Shown here in pieces: positions 1 through 9,926 of a stretch of 64,000 nt of DNA. The translations under genes were made by a program, and so were the position numbers. Under the pieces are notes generated by a model. That model had not been told where the DNA came from, did no database searches, and saw only the letters and a list, made by a program, of their open reading frames with translations. Origin of the DNA: an uncultured Gemmatimonadales bacterium (GTDB taxonomy: Bacteria; Gemmatimonadota; Gemmatimonadetes; Longimicrobiales; Gaopeijiaceae); contig CAWGKG010000012.1 in assembly GCA_963823035.1 (NCBI GenBank), positions 128,001-192,000 on the forward strand, written 5' to 3'. The stretch's first letter is position 1, and the number at the start of each line of letters is the position of its first letter.

Positions 1-990
1 CCACCCGCCATGTGACGGCGGATCGGGTCGTACATGGCGGCGAATTCGCCCCAGGCGTCGGCCGGTGCACCGCCGGCGACATGGGGCGTGAGCATCACGT
101 TGGCCCCGAGCGCGCCAGCGCCACGAGCGGGTTGCCGGCCTCGAGGGGCTCGACCGCAAAGGTGTCGAGCGCGGCACCGCCGAGCCGTCCCGCTTCGAGC
201 GCCTGCGCCAGGGCCGCCTCGTCGATCACGCCGCCGCTGCCGGCCGAGACGAGCGAGGCCCCGGTCCGCATCAGCCGAGAGGCGTCGGCGGTCGAGCCAG
301 CCGTTGGTCTGGGCGTGAAGGGCAGCAGGTTGACGAGCACATCGCAGCCGCGGCCAGCGCTTTCGCCGGCGGAGGTCAGACCGAGCGCCACTTCGACCGC
401 TGCGGCAAAGGACGCGGCGCCGGCTATAGACGAGGCGGCAGCCCCAGCCCGGCAGCCGCGCGCGCCAGCTCGACCCGATCTCGCCGAAGCCCAGGATGCC
501 GACGGCGGCCGGCGAGGCCCGGCGAGGTCGCGCCGACGGCGACCAGTTGTAGGCAAAGTGCGTTCTCGTCGGTCGCCGGCGCGGCCGCCCAGTCGTCGGC
601 GGCGGCGCGGGCGATCCGCGTGGGTTTCCTCGAGGCGGCGCTGACAGCGCGAGGATCTGCAGGACGACGAACTCGGCGACCCGCAGCACGCCCTCCTGCG
701 CGCGCCGGCAGACCATGACGCCATGGCGCGCGGCAGGCCTCCAGGTCGATATCGTGGTCGAGGCTGCCCAGGCGCAGGACGAGCTTCAGGTCCGGCGCGG
801 CCGCCAGCAGGGCGGCGTCGACCCGACCGGCGCGCTCCGAGATCAGGTAGGTCGCGCCGGCCAGGGCCGCGGCCAGGGCGTCCTGGCCGGGCGAGCGCAG
901 CATCACGACCTCGAGCCCCTCGGGCGCGATCTTCAGGGCGTCGGCCTGGTGGCGTTCGCTGCGCTCGGTGGTGAAGACCGCCTTGGCCAC
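1..990 (-). pseudogene. D-isomer-specific 2-hydroxyacid dehydrogenase family protein, several frameshifts, runs off the window edge
   Basis: Family motifs spread over several frames: DAALLAAAPDLKLVLRLGSLDHDIDLEAC, GSGGVIDEAALAQALEAGRLGGAALDTFAVEPL, NVMLTPHVAGG. The frameshifts are probably sequencing errors. Confidence 0.75.
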
Positions 991-997
991 CGCAGCC

Positions 998-2250
998 TCA
1001 GAAGCGGTCGGCGCGAAATGCCTTGAGGTCGAGGCCCGGATCGCGCCCGGCGACAAGGTCGGCGACGACATAGCCGCTGCGCGCCGCCAGGCTGAGGCCC
1101 AGATGCTGATGGCCGAAGTCGAACCAGGCGTTGGCGAAGCCCGGGGTCGGGCCAAGCGCCGGCAGGTAGTCGGGCATGGTCGGCCGGCGGCCCATCCAGC
1201 GCGTCACCTCGGTTGCCTGGTCGGGGTCGAAATCGCGCAGGATGTGGCGGCCCCGCTCGTAGATGATGTCGGCGCGCCGGTAGTTGGGCGCCGCCTCGAT
1301 GCCGGCCAGCTCCACCGTGCCGGCGAAGCGCAGGCCCATGTCGAGCTGGTTGAGCCCGTAATGGCCCTCGGCGTGGATCACGCTGCGGCTCAGGCCCGTC
1401 TTCACCCCGTGGAACACCATGTGGTAGCCGCGCTCGGTGTCGAGCAGCACCTTCACGCCCATCATGGCCGCCACCCGGTGCGACCAGGCCCCGGCCGCCA
1501 CCACCAGGTTCTTCACGGCGAGGTGGCCCGCCGTCGTCTTCAGGCCGGTGACGCGCCCGCCGCCGTGGTCGATGCCGGTCACCTCGGCCAGACGGATCTG
1601 GCCGCCTGCCGCCACGAAGTCGTCGGCCAGCATGCGCGTCAGGCGGTAGGGATCGGTCGTGCTGTAGGCGTCCGGGTAAGTAGGTGGCATGGCGCACGTC
1701 ATGGCTCAGCGAGGGCTCAAGCTGGCGCACCTCGTCGGACGCCCAGTTCCTCCAGCGGACAGCCCAGCTCCGTCAGCATGCCGCGCTCGCGGCCGTCGCC
1801 CTCGAAGCTGGCGTCGCTCTCGTAGATCGTCATGTAGCCGTTCTTGCGGATCAGGCCGGCGGCGGGCGAGCCGGCGGCGAGCCGGTCGTAGGCCGCACCG
1901 GTGCCGTCGAGCAGCGCGTACATCGCGCGCGCCCCGGCCATCTGGCGCTCTGCCGTCGAGCTTCTCAGGAAGCCGACCAGCCAGGGCATGACGGCGAACA
2001 GGTAGCGCCAGCGGACGACCAGCGCGCCGTCGGGATCGAACAGCATCTTCGGCACGTCGCGCAGGACGCCGGGCGACGGCATGGGGATCGACGAATCGCG
2101 ACCGCAGATGATGCCCGCGTTGCCGAACGAGCAGTTCTCGCCCGGTCCGTCGCGCTCGACGATGACGACGTCGTGGCCGTCGCGCTGCAGCGCGAGCGCG
2201 GCGCAAACGCCGACGATCCCGCCGCCGATCACGGTGACATGCTTGGCCAT
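998..2250 (-). CDS. FAD-dependent D-amino acid dehydrogenase (DadA-like), frameshifted near 1705-1720
   Basis: N-terminal VIGGGIVG Rossmann motif and CSFGNAG in ORF 1717..2250; ERGYH, WMGRRPTMPDYLP and FGHQHLGLSLA in ORF 998..1702. Confidence 0.85.
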
Positions 2251-2330
2251 GGCGCGCGGCGCCCTCCCCCTGGAACAGTGACGGGAGGGAGCGGACCACG
2301 TTCCGCCCGAAATGGGAACCGTCGTTGCTG

Positions 2331-2375
2331 GAGCAGATCCCGTTCAACTTGAATCAGGTCGAACGGGATCTGCTC
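2331..2375. repeat. Intergenic palindrome / hairpin element
   Basis: GAGCAGATCCCGTTC ... GAACGGGATCTGCTC, a perfect 15-bp inverted repeat that extends imperfectly into the loop. Confidence 0.7.
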
Positions 2376-2407
2376 TAACTGCCTGATGTCGATCGGATTC
2401 ACGTGGT

Positions 2408-2556
2408 CTAAACCGCGCCGGCGCCGTCGTAGAGCGTCACCTTGTGGCGCGCCTCGGCGAAGAAGAGCCAGCGCTCCACCACCACGCCCGCCAGGCCGCA
2501 GCCGGCGGCCAGCAGGGCGACGACCATGGCGCCGGGACCGCCGATCACGGCCGTCG
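2408..2556 (-). pseudogene. C-terminal fragment of a DmsC/YnfH-type molybdoenzyme membrane anchor subunit
   Basis: Hydrophobic helix followed by VERWLFFAEARHKVTLY, typical of the DmsC/SoeC C-terminus. The N-terminal part is missing. Confidence 0.65.
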
Positions 2557-2981
2557 CGGTCGTAGCCGGTCTGCATGGCCTGCATGCGTCCACGCTCGAG
2601 CCGGACCGGGTCCTCGTTGCGTGTGACGACGAGGTAGTCACGCAGCACGATGGCGTGCCGGCCCTCCTCGGCCGTCCACCGGTGCACCCAGGCGGTCCAT
2701 GCCGAGTCCCGACGGCCGAACATCGCGTGGATCTCGCGGTGGTAGCTGGGCAGGTTGTCCTCGGTGAGCAGGTTGACGTACATCGCCGTCCGCGCGACGC
2801 CGTCCAGGCGCGGCTGGTCCGGGGTCCATGGTTCGGCCTCGAAGTCGCGCCCCTGCCCGTAGGGGACGTAGGCGTGGGGGAACCACTCGTCGGCCACCGA
2901 CAGGTGACGTTCGAGCAGCCGCTCCGCCTCCGGCTCGAGCTCGCCGAGCAGGTCGCGGTCGGTGGTCGTGGCGACGGACAC
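2557..2981 (-). pseudogene. N-terminal fragment of an acyl-ACP desaturase (DesA1-like, actinobacterial type)
   Basis: WFPHAYVP, NLLTEDNLPSYH and WTAEEGRHAIVLRDYL di-iron motifs; truncated after QTGYDRD. Confidence 0.8.
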
Positions 2982-3103
2982 GGTGCTGGCCTCGAGGTGT
3001 GGCGGTGCGCGGGATGCCAGCCTGTCCGTTCCTGACGTCGACGTCAAGTTCAACAGAACCCCGCCGCGACCGGGCACACTCGTCAGCCACCGAGGAGTCC
3101 CGA

Positions 3104-4156
3104 ATGCCCCCGCACGACGCCGACGCCCCCACGGCGTTCCCCGACCTCGGCCTGCGCCCCGAGCTGCTCGCGCCCTCGACCGCGCCTGGGCTACGAGGAG
3201 CCGACGCCCGATCCAGCGCGAGGCGATCCCGCCGCTGCTCGACCGGGCGCGACCTGCTCGGCCAGGCGGCCACCGGCACCGGCAAGACCGCCGCCTTCGC
3301 CCTGCCCATGCTCCAGCGCCTCGGCCGCGCCGCGCCGGCGGCGCCGCGCCCGTCGGCGCTGGTCCTGGTGCCCACCCGCGAGCTGGCCATGCAGGTCGTC
3401 CGAGGCGATCCACCGCTACGGCCGCGAGCTCGGCGTCCGCGTGCTGCCGATCTACGGCGGCCAGCCGATCGGCCGCCAGCTGCGGCGCCCTGGAGCGCGG
3501 GCGTCGACGTCGTGGTGGCCACGCCGGGCCGGGCGCTCGACCACATCGGCCGCGGCACGCTGCGACCTCGACGGCTCGAGGTGGTCGTGCTCGACGAGGC
3601 CGACGAGATGCTCGACATGGGCTTCGCCGAGGACATCGAGGCGATCCTCGACGCGACGCCCGACCGACCGCCAGACCGTGCTGTTCTCGGCCACCATGCC
3701 GCCGCGCATCGACGCGCATCGCCCGGCGCCACCTGCGCGACCCGGTCCGGATCGAGATCGGCCGCGAGCAGGCCGCCGACGGGCGACGGCGCCGCTGGTC
3801 CGCCAGACGCGCCTACCTCGTCGCCCGGGCCCACAAGCCCGCCGCCCTGGGCCGCGTGCTGGACGTCGAGGCGCCCGACGGCGGCGATCGTCTTCTGCCG
3901 CACCCGGATCGAGGTCGACCAGCTCACCGAGACCCTCAACGGCCGCGGCTACCGGGCCGAGGCGCTGCACGGCGGCATGAGCCAGGAGCAGCGCGACCGG
4001 GTGATGGACCGGCTGCGCGGCGGGACCGCCGACCTGCTGGTGGCCACCGACGTCGCCGCCCGCGGCCTGGACATCGACCAGCTCACCCACGTCGTCAACT
4101 ACGACGTGCCGTCGGCGCCCGAGTCCTACGTGCACCGCATCGGCCGGGTGGGCCGG
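3104..4156 (+). pseudogene. DEAD/DEAH-box RNA helicase (DeaD-like), multiple frameshifts, truncated
   Basis: [57 protein letters not shown] spread over three frames; homology ends abruptly at ~4156. Confidence 0.85.
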
Positions 4157-4570
4157 CCTCGAGCACTCTCCGTGGGGCTGGAGGCGGCCCTGGTGAAGAG
4201 TATGCCCGTGCTGGCGAATGGGGGGCCACCTCTCCGCGACGGTAAGGACATCTTCGGCATCGAGGGAAGTCTGCACACCGTGCGGGGTTGGGTCGCCGCC
4301 TTCGACGGAGACCGGAAGCGCGCTCTGGCCGAGGCCGACAGCGCCGTCGCTCTTTTCGGTCCGGACGACGATTCGAACGACGGTCCGGCGTTTCTGAGGC
4401 AACGCGCCCTCATCCGCATCGTGGCTGGCGAGCCCGCCGGCGCGGTGGACGACCTGCAACGACTCCTGGGGATGCCCGGCCTCACCACCGTGTGGGAGCT
4501 ACGCCTCGATCCCATGTACGACTTGCTTCGCGGGCGAAAGGACTTCCAGGTGCTGGTAGGGCGCGAATAG
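4157..4570 (+). CDS. C-terminal fragment of a TPR-like helical protein (tail typical of kinase-TPR or adenylate-cyclase-TPR proteins)
   Basis: Helical repeats ending in [23 protein letters not shown], resembling the LRxDPxxDxLRxxPxF tail. The N-terminus is lost at the junction. Confidence 0.55.
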   Translation, partial: PRALSVGLEAALVKSMPVLANGGPPLRDGKDIFGIEGSLHTVRGWVAAFDGDRKRALAEADSAVALFGPDDDSNDGPAFLRQRALIRIVAGEPAGAVDDLQRLLGMPGLTTVWELRLDPMYDLLRGRKDFQVLVGRE

Positions 4571-4713
4571 GGAAGGTCCCGGGCCCCTACCCCAGCAGAT
4601 TCGTCCGCCGCAGGAGCGCACGGAACCGGGGGTCGCTGTGGAGCGCGGCGAAGGATGGATGCGCGCCCAGATACGGCTAGCTAGCGCTGGCTGTAGGACG
4701 CCTGAGTACACCC

Positions 4714-5643
4714 CTAGGCCGCGGGAAAGGACAGCTCGACCTCGGCGCCGCCGTCCGGCACGTTGCGCAGCTCGATCCGCCCGCCCATCGCCTCGATCGT
4801 GCGTCGCGCGTGGGGCAGACCCAGTCCGAGGCCATCGTCCGTGGTGGAGTAGAAGGGGTCGAAGGCCCGCTCGAACGCCTCCTCGGTGAACCCCGGCCCC
4901 CGGTCTCGTACCCTGACCACACCTCGCCCCTCGCCCCCTTCCACCGTCACGTCGATGGTGGACGAGCCGCCGAAGCGAGCCGCGTTGTGCAGCACGAGGT
5001 AGAGCGCGTCCATGAGCGCCGGGGCGTTCACGTGGGCGCGCAGCGGCCGCCCGTCGAGGCGGAGCCGCACGCCGACGCCCTGGTCCGCCGCGAACTCACG
5101 CGTCACTTGCTGCACGAGCTGGGGCAGGTCCCGGCCCTCCGTGTCGCGCCCGGGCTCGGTCACGAAGAACTCGAGGTCCTGTAGGGAGCCCAGCGCGCGG
5201 TCGATGCGCTCGCGCAACTCATCCGCGTCCGCGTCGGGGGCGGCGCCGGCCAGCGGGGCCCGCACAGCCTTGTCGAGAAAGCCGCTGACCCGCCCGATGG
5301 CTTCGCCCAGCGCCTTCTGACGCTCCTCCTCACGAGGGGTCCAGCCGGCCTCCAGCGCCCCCTGTAGCTCCGCCTCGGGGCTGCCCGGCGCGGCGCCCTC
5401 CGGCCTCCGCCCGCGTCGTACGGCATCCGCGACGGACTTCAGGCGCTCCTCCGCCTCGGACCTCGCCTCACGTACTCCGGCCTGCCTTCCCTCGGAGAGC
5501 CCGTCGCGCCGGGCCGCTTCCCCGGCCGAGAGGCTCTCCTGACGGGCGGCCTCGCGACCGGCCGACCGACCGCCGGCGCGGCCGATCGCGTACCCCACGG
5601 CTCCGAGCACCACTGCCACGACGATCCAGACCGCTGTCTCCAT
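4714..5643 (-). CDS. Membrane-anchored histidine-kinase-like protein (HATPase_c) lacking the phospho-acceptor His
   Basis: N-terminal TM helix, coiled coil, N box VLHNAARF, G1 DRGPGF, F box FDPFYST, G2 GLGLGL; H-box position reads FLDKAVRAPL. Confidence 0.8.
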   Translation of the reverse strand: METAVWIVVAVVLGAVGYAIGRAGGRSAGREAARQESLSAGEAARRDGLSEGRQAGVREARSEAEERLKSVADAVRRGRRPEGAAPGSPEAELQGALEAGWTPREEERQKALGEAIGRVSGFLDKAVRAPLAGAAPDADADELRERIDRALGSLQDLEFFVTEPGRDTEGRDLPQLVQQVTREFAADQGVGVRLRLDGRPLRAHVNAPALMDALYLVLHNAARFGGSSTIDVTVEGGEGRGVVRVRDRGPGFTEEAFERAFDPFYSTTDDGLGLGLPHARRTIEAMGGRIELRNVPDGGAEVELSFPAA

Positions 5644-5789
5644 CCTCTCGCCTCTCGCAACGCGTCGTTCTCCGAGCCCCGAGCCACCGTGGAATCCCCC
5701 GGTGGCAGCGCAGGGATCTTGGCACCGCCCCACCCCGGGTGCAACCGACGGTTGCCGACCTCCGGGACCGGATCTATCCTCGCCCGGAC

Positions 5790-6251
5790 ATGGACCCACT
5801 CGACAGACTCCGGGCGATCCTCGCGGAGAGCACGGACCCGGCCAACCCTCCCGCCGAGCGGATCGAGGCGCTCTTCCAGCGTCTGCATCGTCTCGCCGTG
5901 GTGGGCCTCTCGCGCGACCCCGCGAAGGCGGCGCGCCGCGTGCCGTCCTACCTGGCGGCCAAGGGCTACGAAGTCATCCCGGTGAACCCGCACGCCGAGC
6001 GGATCCTCGGTCGGCCCGCCCGCGCCACGCTCGACGAGGTGGAGGAGCCCCTCGACCTGGTGGTCGTCTTCCGCCCCTCGGCCCAAGCGGGCGCCTTCGT
6101 CGCGCAGGCCGCTGCGCGCCGCGAGGCGCCGGCCATCTGGCTGCAGGAGGGGATCAGGGCGGACGCGGCGGCGACGGCCGCGCGGGAGGCGGGTCGGCTG
6201 GTCGTCCAGGACCTGTGCGCGTACAAGGTGCACCGCGCGCTCTTCACCTGA
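5790..6251 (+). CDS. CoA-binding protein (YccU family)
   Basis: AVVGLSRDP, YLAAKGYEVIPVNP, DLVVVFRPS, IWLQEGI, VVQDLC. Confidence 0.9.
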   Translation: MDPLDRLRAILAESTDPANPPAERIEALFQRLHRLAVVGLSRDPAKAARRVPSYLAAKGYEVIPVNPHAERILGRPARATLDEVEEPLDLVVVFRPSAQAGAFVAQAAARREAPAIWLQEGIRADAAATAAREAGRLVVQDLCAYKVHRALFT

Positions 6252-6287
6252 CGCAGCGGCGGGCGGCGCGCCGGCGTCGAAGGCGGG

Positions 6288-6746
6288 TCAGGCGCCGAGC
6301 GCCCCCGCGGCCAGCTGGGCGTGCCCCTTGGGCTTCACCTTGCGCCACGCCTCCATCACGATCCCCTCTTCGTCGATGAGGAAGGTGCTGCGCTCGATGC
6401 CCATGTACTTCCGCCCGTACATGCTCTTCTCCTTCCACACGCCGTAGGCCTCGGCCACGCTGTGGTCCTCGTCGGCCAGGAGCGGGAAGTTGAGGTCGTA
6501 CTTCGCCCTGAACTTCCCGTGGGAAGCCACGGAGTCCGGTGACACGCCGAGCACCACGGCATCGACGCCCTCGAAGCGGGGGAGCTCGTCGCGCAGCTCG
6601 CACGCCTGCACGGTGCACCCCGAGGTGTCGTCCTTGGGGTAGAAGTAGAGGACCACGCGGCGGCCGCGCAGCCCGGAGAGCGTGACGTCTCCCTCCTGAT
6701 CGGAGGGGAGGGTGAAGTCCGGTGCGGGTTTGCCCTTCTCGACCAT
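6288..6746 (-). CDS. bcp: Thioredoxin-dependent thiol peroxidase (Bcp/PrxQ)
   Basis: APDFTL, LYFYPKDDTSGCTVQAC, GVSPDS, IERSTFLID. Confidence 0.95.
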   Translation of the reverse strand: MVEKGKPAPDFTLPSDQEGDVTLSGLRGRRVVLYFYPKDDTSGCTVQACELRDELPRFEGVDAVVLGVSPDSVASHGKFRAKYDLNFPLLADEDHSVAEAYGVWKEKSMYGRKYMGIERSTFLIDEEGIVMEAWRKVKPKGHAQLAAGALGA

Positions 6747-6814
6747 GCTTCCTCTCGCGGCTCCTGGGTCGTCGACGTCCGGAGGGCCCGCTACCCCGTC
6801 CCGCGGAGGGGGTT

Positions 6815-7492
6815 TCAGCCGGCCAGAGCCTGGGGCGAGGAGGTGTCGTCCGCCGCCGTGGACGGACCGTCCGAGAGCGTGCCTTCCCAGCGACAGAGCG
6901 CGTCCCCGCGCGCCTGACAGAGCACATGGGTGACGCGGGCCGTACGCCCCGTCGCGTGCTCCAACGTCGCCTGGCACAGCCCCGAGACCATCGAGCAGGC
7001 GTCACCCCCCGGATCGGCCTCGATGAAGAGGAGGGAACGCCCCTCGACCGAGAAGTGCCCCCGCCCGAATCCCCCGATCCGCCGCCCGAAGAGCGCCGCG
7101 AGCCGCCGGCGCACGCGTGAGCGCGCCAGGGCGAGCGCGACCCTGCCCGGCACGAGCCGCCGCCACGCACGCCGCTCCTCCGCGTCCGCCAGGGTGCGCC
7201 CCGCCCGGAGGAAGATGTCCTTCGCGTCCGGGCGCCGCGTGACGAGGCGGAACAGGTCGCGGATCTCCCCGTCCGTGAGACGGGCGCGCTTCTTCACATC
7301 CTCCCGATACGCACGGATCTGACGCTCGACCACGTCACTCAGGCCCAGCCGCCGCGGCATGGTGACGGACGGGTTCTCATCCTCCAGGATCTCCCCGGGG
7401 TGGTCGAGATCCCGAAGACCTTCGAGCAGCCTGAGCGCCACGACGGCCTGCACGCGGCGACGCGAGCTGTCTTCGGGGCTGGAGGAGGGCAC
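6815..7492 (-). CDS. Hypothetical protein with C-terminal V4R-like domain
   Basis: C-terminal ACSMVSG...VTHVLCQARGDALCRWEG matches the V4R Cys pattern; GC-typical codon usage. Confidence 0.65.
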   Translation of the reverse strand: MPSSSPEDSSRRRVQAVVALRLLEGLRDLDHPGEILEDENPSVTMPRRLGLSDVVERQIRAYREDVKKRARLTDGEIRDLFRLVTRRPDAKDIFLRAGRTLADAEERRAWRRLVPGRVALALARSRVRRRLAALFGRRIGGFGRGHFSVEGRSLLFIEADPGGDACSMVSGLCQATLEHATGRTARVTHVLCQARGDALCRWEGTLSDGPSTAADDTSSPQALAG

Positions 7493-7687
7493 GTCGGTCT
7501 GAGTGGGGTGCGCGGGGCAGTCGGGGATCGTCGAGCCCGTAATCTCGGCGCCTCACGCCCCGTCGGCAACGCATGGGGCAAGCGCGCGACATTCGCCGGA
7601 TGCGCCCTGCCACAGGGCGGAGAGAGATTTTTCGAACGTGCCAAATTGAGAGTGACACTCATCCTGGGGCCGTGTATATAGATACTG

Positions 7688-7816
7688 CGTTCGAGACCCA
7701 AGGGTCGCGAATGTACTGGAGCGGGTGGAGTGTGGAAGGGCAAATCTCGTGGCCCACCCTGGGGGGGCTGGTTCTTTACGCCTCGAGACCCTTTCACCTC
7801 CCCCGCTCCTTTCTTT
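7688..7816 (+). ncRNA. Candidate structured RNA or attenuator leader upstream of the E1-alpha gene
   Basis: Hairpin at ~7690-7711, then a long bulged stem 7718-7740 pairing with 7789-7809, followed by TTTCTTT. Confidence 0.35.
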
Positions 7817-7897
7817 CCCCCCCGTCCGGTCCGGTCTTCCCCCCTGTTCCGGCGGCCCGATACCGCGGTACGGGTGCCCGCGGTACCTTACGGGCCC

Positions 7898-9017
7898 ATG
7901 AAGCGCTACGCCGCCTTCGATCCTCCGGAATACGTCTCCTGGACGGCCGACCCTCGGCTGGTGGAGGCGTACGGCCAACGGCTGCGGTCCGACCCCGGCA
8001 GGGCCGCCGAGCTCTCCTCGCTCGACGAGACCGGACTTTCTGGCGCTGTACCGCGACCTCCTGCGCACCCGCCTCCACGACATCGGGCTCAAGCGCTGGG
8101 TGCGCACGGGGGTGATCTCCAAGGCCTGGCTGGGCACGGGCGAGGAAGCCGTCACGGTCGGCACGGTGGCCGCGCTGGATCGCGCGCGGGACGTGGTGAT
8201 TCCCATGATCCGCAACGCGGGCGCGCTGCACATGATGGGCATGCCGCTGTCCGACCTCTTTCGCGGCTACCTCGCAACCGCCGACTCGCCCACGGGCGGT
8301 CGGGACCTGCACATCGGGGCGCGGGATCTCGGCATCATCCAGCCGATCAGCCACATGGGAACGAGCGTGACGGTGGTCGCGGGGGTGGCGCTGGCGTTCC
8401 GCAACCGCGGGGAGAGCCGGGTCGCGCTGACCTGGGTGGGTGACGGCGCCACCAGGACAGCCGCCTGCCACGAGGGCATGAACCTTGCCGCCGTACAGGG
8501 TGTGCCGGCCGTCTTCGTGATCCAGAACAACCAGGTGGCGCTGGGCACACGCGTGGACCAGCACACCCTGGGGGATCTCCGGAGATGGCCCGAGATGTAC
8601 GGAATCCCGTCGTGGAGCTGTGACGGAAACAACGTTCTCGACGTCTATGCGGCGACGCGCCTGGCGGTGGCCCGGTGCCGCGCCGGGCAGGGCCCCGCCG
8701 CCGTGGTGGCGGAGACCTTCCGAATGGGCGGCCATGCCACGCACGACGAGCGCGAGGCGCGGGAGACGTTTCCGCCCGAGCTGTTCGAAGCGTGGGGGCG
8801 GCGGGATCCGGTCGGGCTCTACGAGGCCCATCTCGCGGGGCGTGGCGTGCCGTCGGCAAGGCTGGCGGAGATCGAGGAGGAAGTGACCGCGGAGATGCAG
8901 CGCGCGGCCGACGAGGCCTTGGCCTCACGCGGCCGGGTGCCGGAACCGGAATTCGCCCTCTACGAGGGGTTCTCCGAGGGACGCGTTCTGATCGGGCTGG
9001 ATCGGCGCCCCATCTGA
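7898..9017 (+). CDS. TPP-dependent 2-oxoacid dehydrogenase E1 alpha subunit (one-base frameshift at ~8038)
   Basis: GDGA...EGMNLAAV...VFVIQNNQ TPP motif, DGNNVLDVY, TFRMGGHATHD, RDPV. An extra T in GGACTTTCTG joins frames 7898.. and 8100.. Confidence 0.9.
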
Positions 9018-9261
9018 TGGGACTTCTCGCGGTTTCCGGGGCGTGTAGCCAACCACCCCCCGCCGGCGTAGGTTAGGGGAGCGACTAAGCCGCATGGTCG
9101 TCCGGAGGGGCTCGTTCCGGCTCCAGCCCCTTGACGAGTAGTACATATTGTAATCTGGAAACAAGAATGATTCCTAGTTTCGGAGCGGGCGGATTCGGGG
9201 GTGGCTGCCCCACGAAGGCCGCCCTTTTCTGCCCGGCCGACCGCTCCTGAACGGACTGGAT

Positions 9262-9891
9262 ATGGTCAAAGCGAATCCGGAAGAACTCGAGAAACTGCTG
9301 GGGACCCGGCCGCTCGACGACCTTTCCGACGAGGATCTGGTCACGGCCCATCTGAAGGGCCGTCCCGGAGCCTTCCAGGAGTTGTACGAGCGGTACCGGG
9401 ATCGACTCATCCACTTCATCACGCGCAAGACCGGGGACTCCGATCGGGCGCAGGACCTGGTGCAGGAGGCGTTCATCCGCGTCACGCGGCACCTCCATCG
9501 GTTCGACACGTCGAAGAAGTTCTCGACCTGGATCTACACGATCGCGAGCAACCTCTCGAAGAACGAGTTACGCAACCGTTCTCGCAGCCCGCTGGTGCTC
9601 TTCCAGCGGCTGACGGGCAACTGGGAGGACGATCACCGTCCCCTCCAGTTCGAGGACTACTCGATGCGCCCGGACGACCTCTATCGGAAGCGCTATCTGC
9701 GCCGTCTGGTGGAGGACCTCGTGAAGGAGCTGCCCGAGCATCACCGGCTGGTCTTCCGGCTCCGCGAGCTCGAGGGAAAGAGCTACGAGGAGATCGCCGA
9801 GATCACCGGCGTCAACCTGGGAACCGTGAAGAGCCGTCTTCACCGCGCCCGGAACTCCTTCGCACAGCGCATCGAACCCTTCCTGAATTGA
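9262..9891 (+). CDS. ECF-family RNA polymerase sigma factor (sigma-24/RpoE-like)
   Basis: AFQELYERY, AQDLVQEAFI, FSTWIYTIASN, SYEEIAEITGVNLGTVKSRLHRAR. Confidence 0.95.
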   Translation: MVKANPEELEKLLGTRPLDDLSDEDLVTAHLKGRPGAFQELYERYRDRLIHFITRKTGDSDRAQDLVQEAFIRVTRHLHRFDTSKKFSTWIYTIASNLSKNELRNRSRSPLVLFQRLTGNWEDDHRPLQFEDYSMRPDDLYRKRYLRRLVEDLVKELPEHHRLVFRLRELEGKSYEEIAEITGVNLGTVKSRLHRARNSFAQRIEPFLN

Positions 9892-9926
9892 CGGCCGACT
9901 GACGAGCGACGGCCTCCGAGCCGTAC

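Noticed and set aside
2229..2981. Apparent desaturase-DmsC hybrid gene
   Set aside because: Both parts are truncated and in different frames; consistent with an assembly or read chimera.
2828..4570. Apparent DEAD-helicase-TPR fusion ORF
   Set aside because: Falls across the chimeric junction at ~4156 in a frameshift-rich region.
8030..8045. Possible programmed frameshift in E1-alpha
   Set aside because: A single extra T in a short homopolymer with no slippery heptamer; similar isolated indels occur elsewhere, so a sequencing error is more likely.
9131..9185. AT-rich region upstream of the ECF sigma gene (TTGACG, TACA-N3-TGTA, GGAAAC...GTTTC)
   Set aside because: Likely regulatory, but no -35/-10 pair with proper spacing could be assigned, so no specific call was made.
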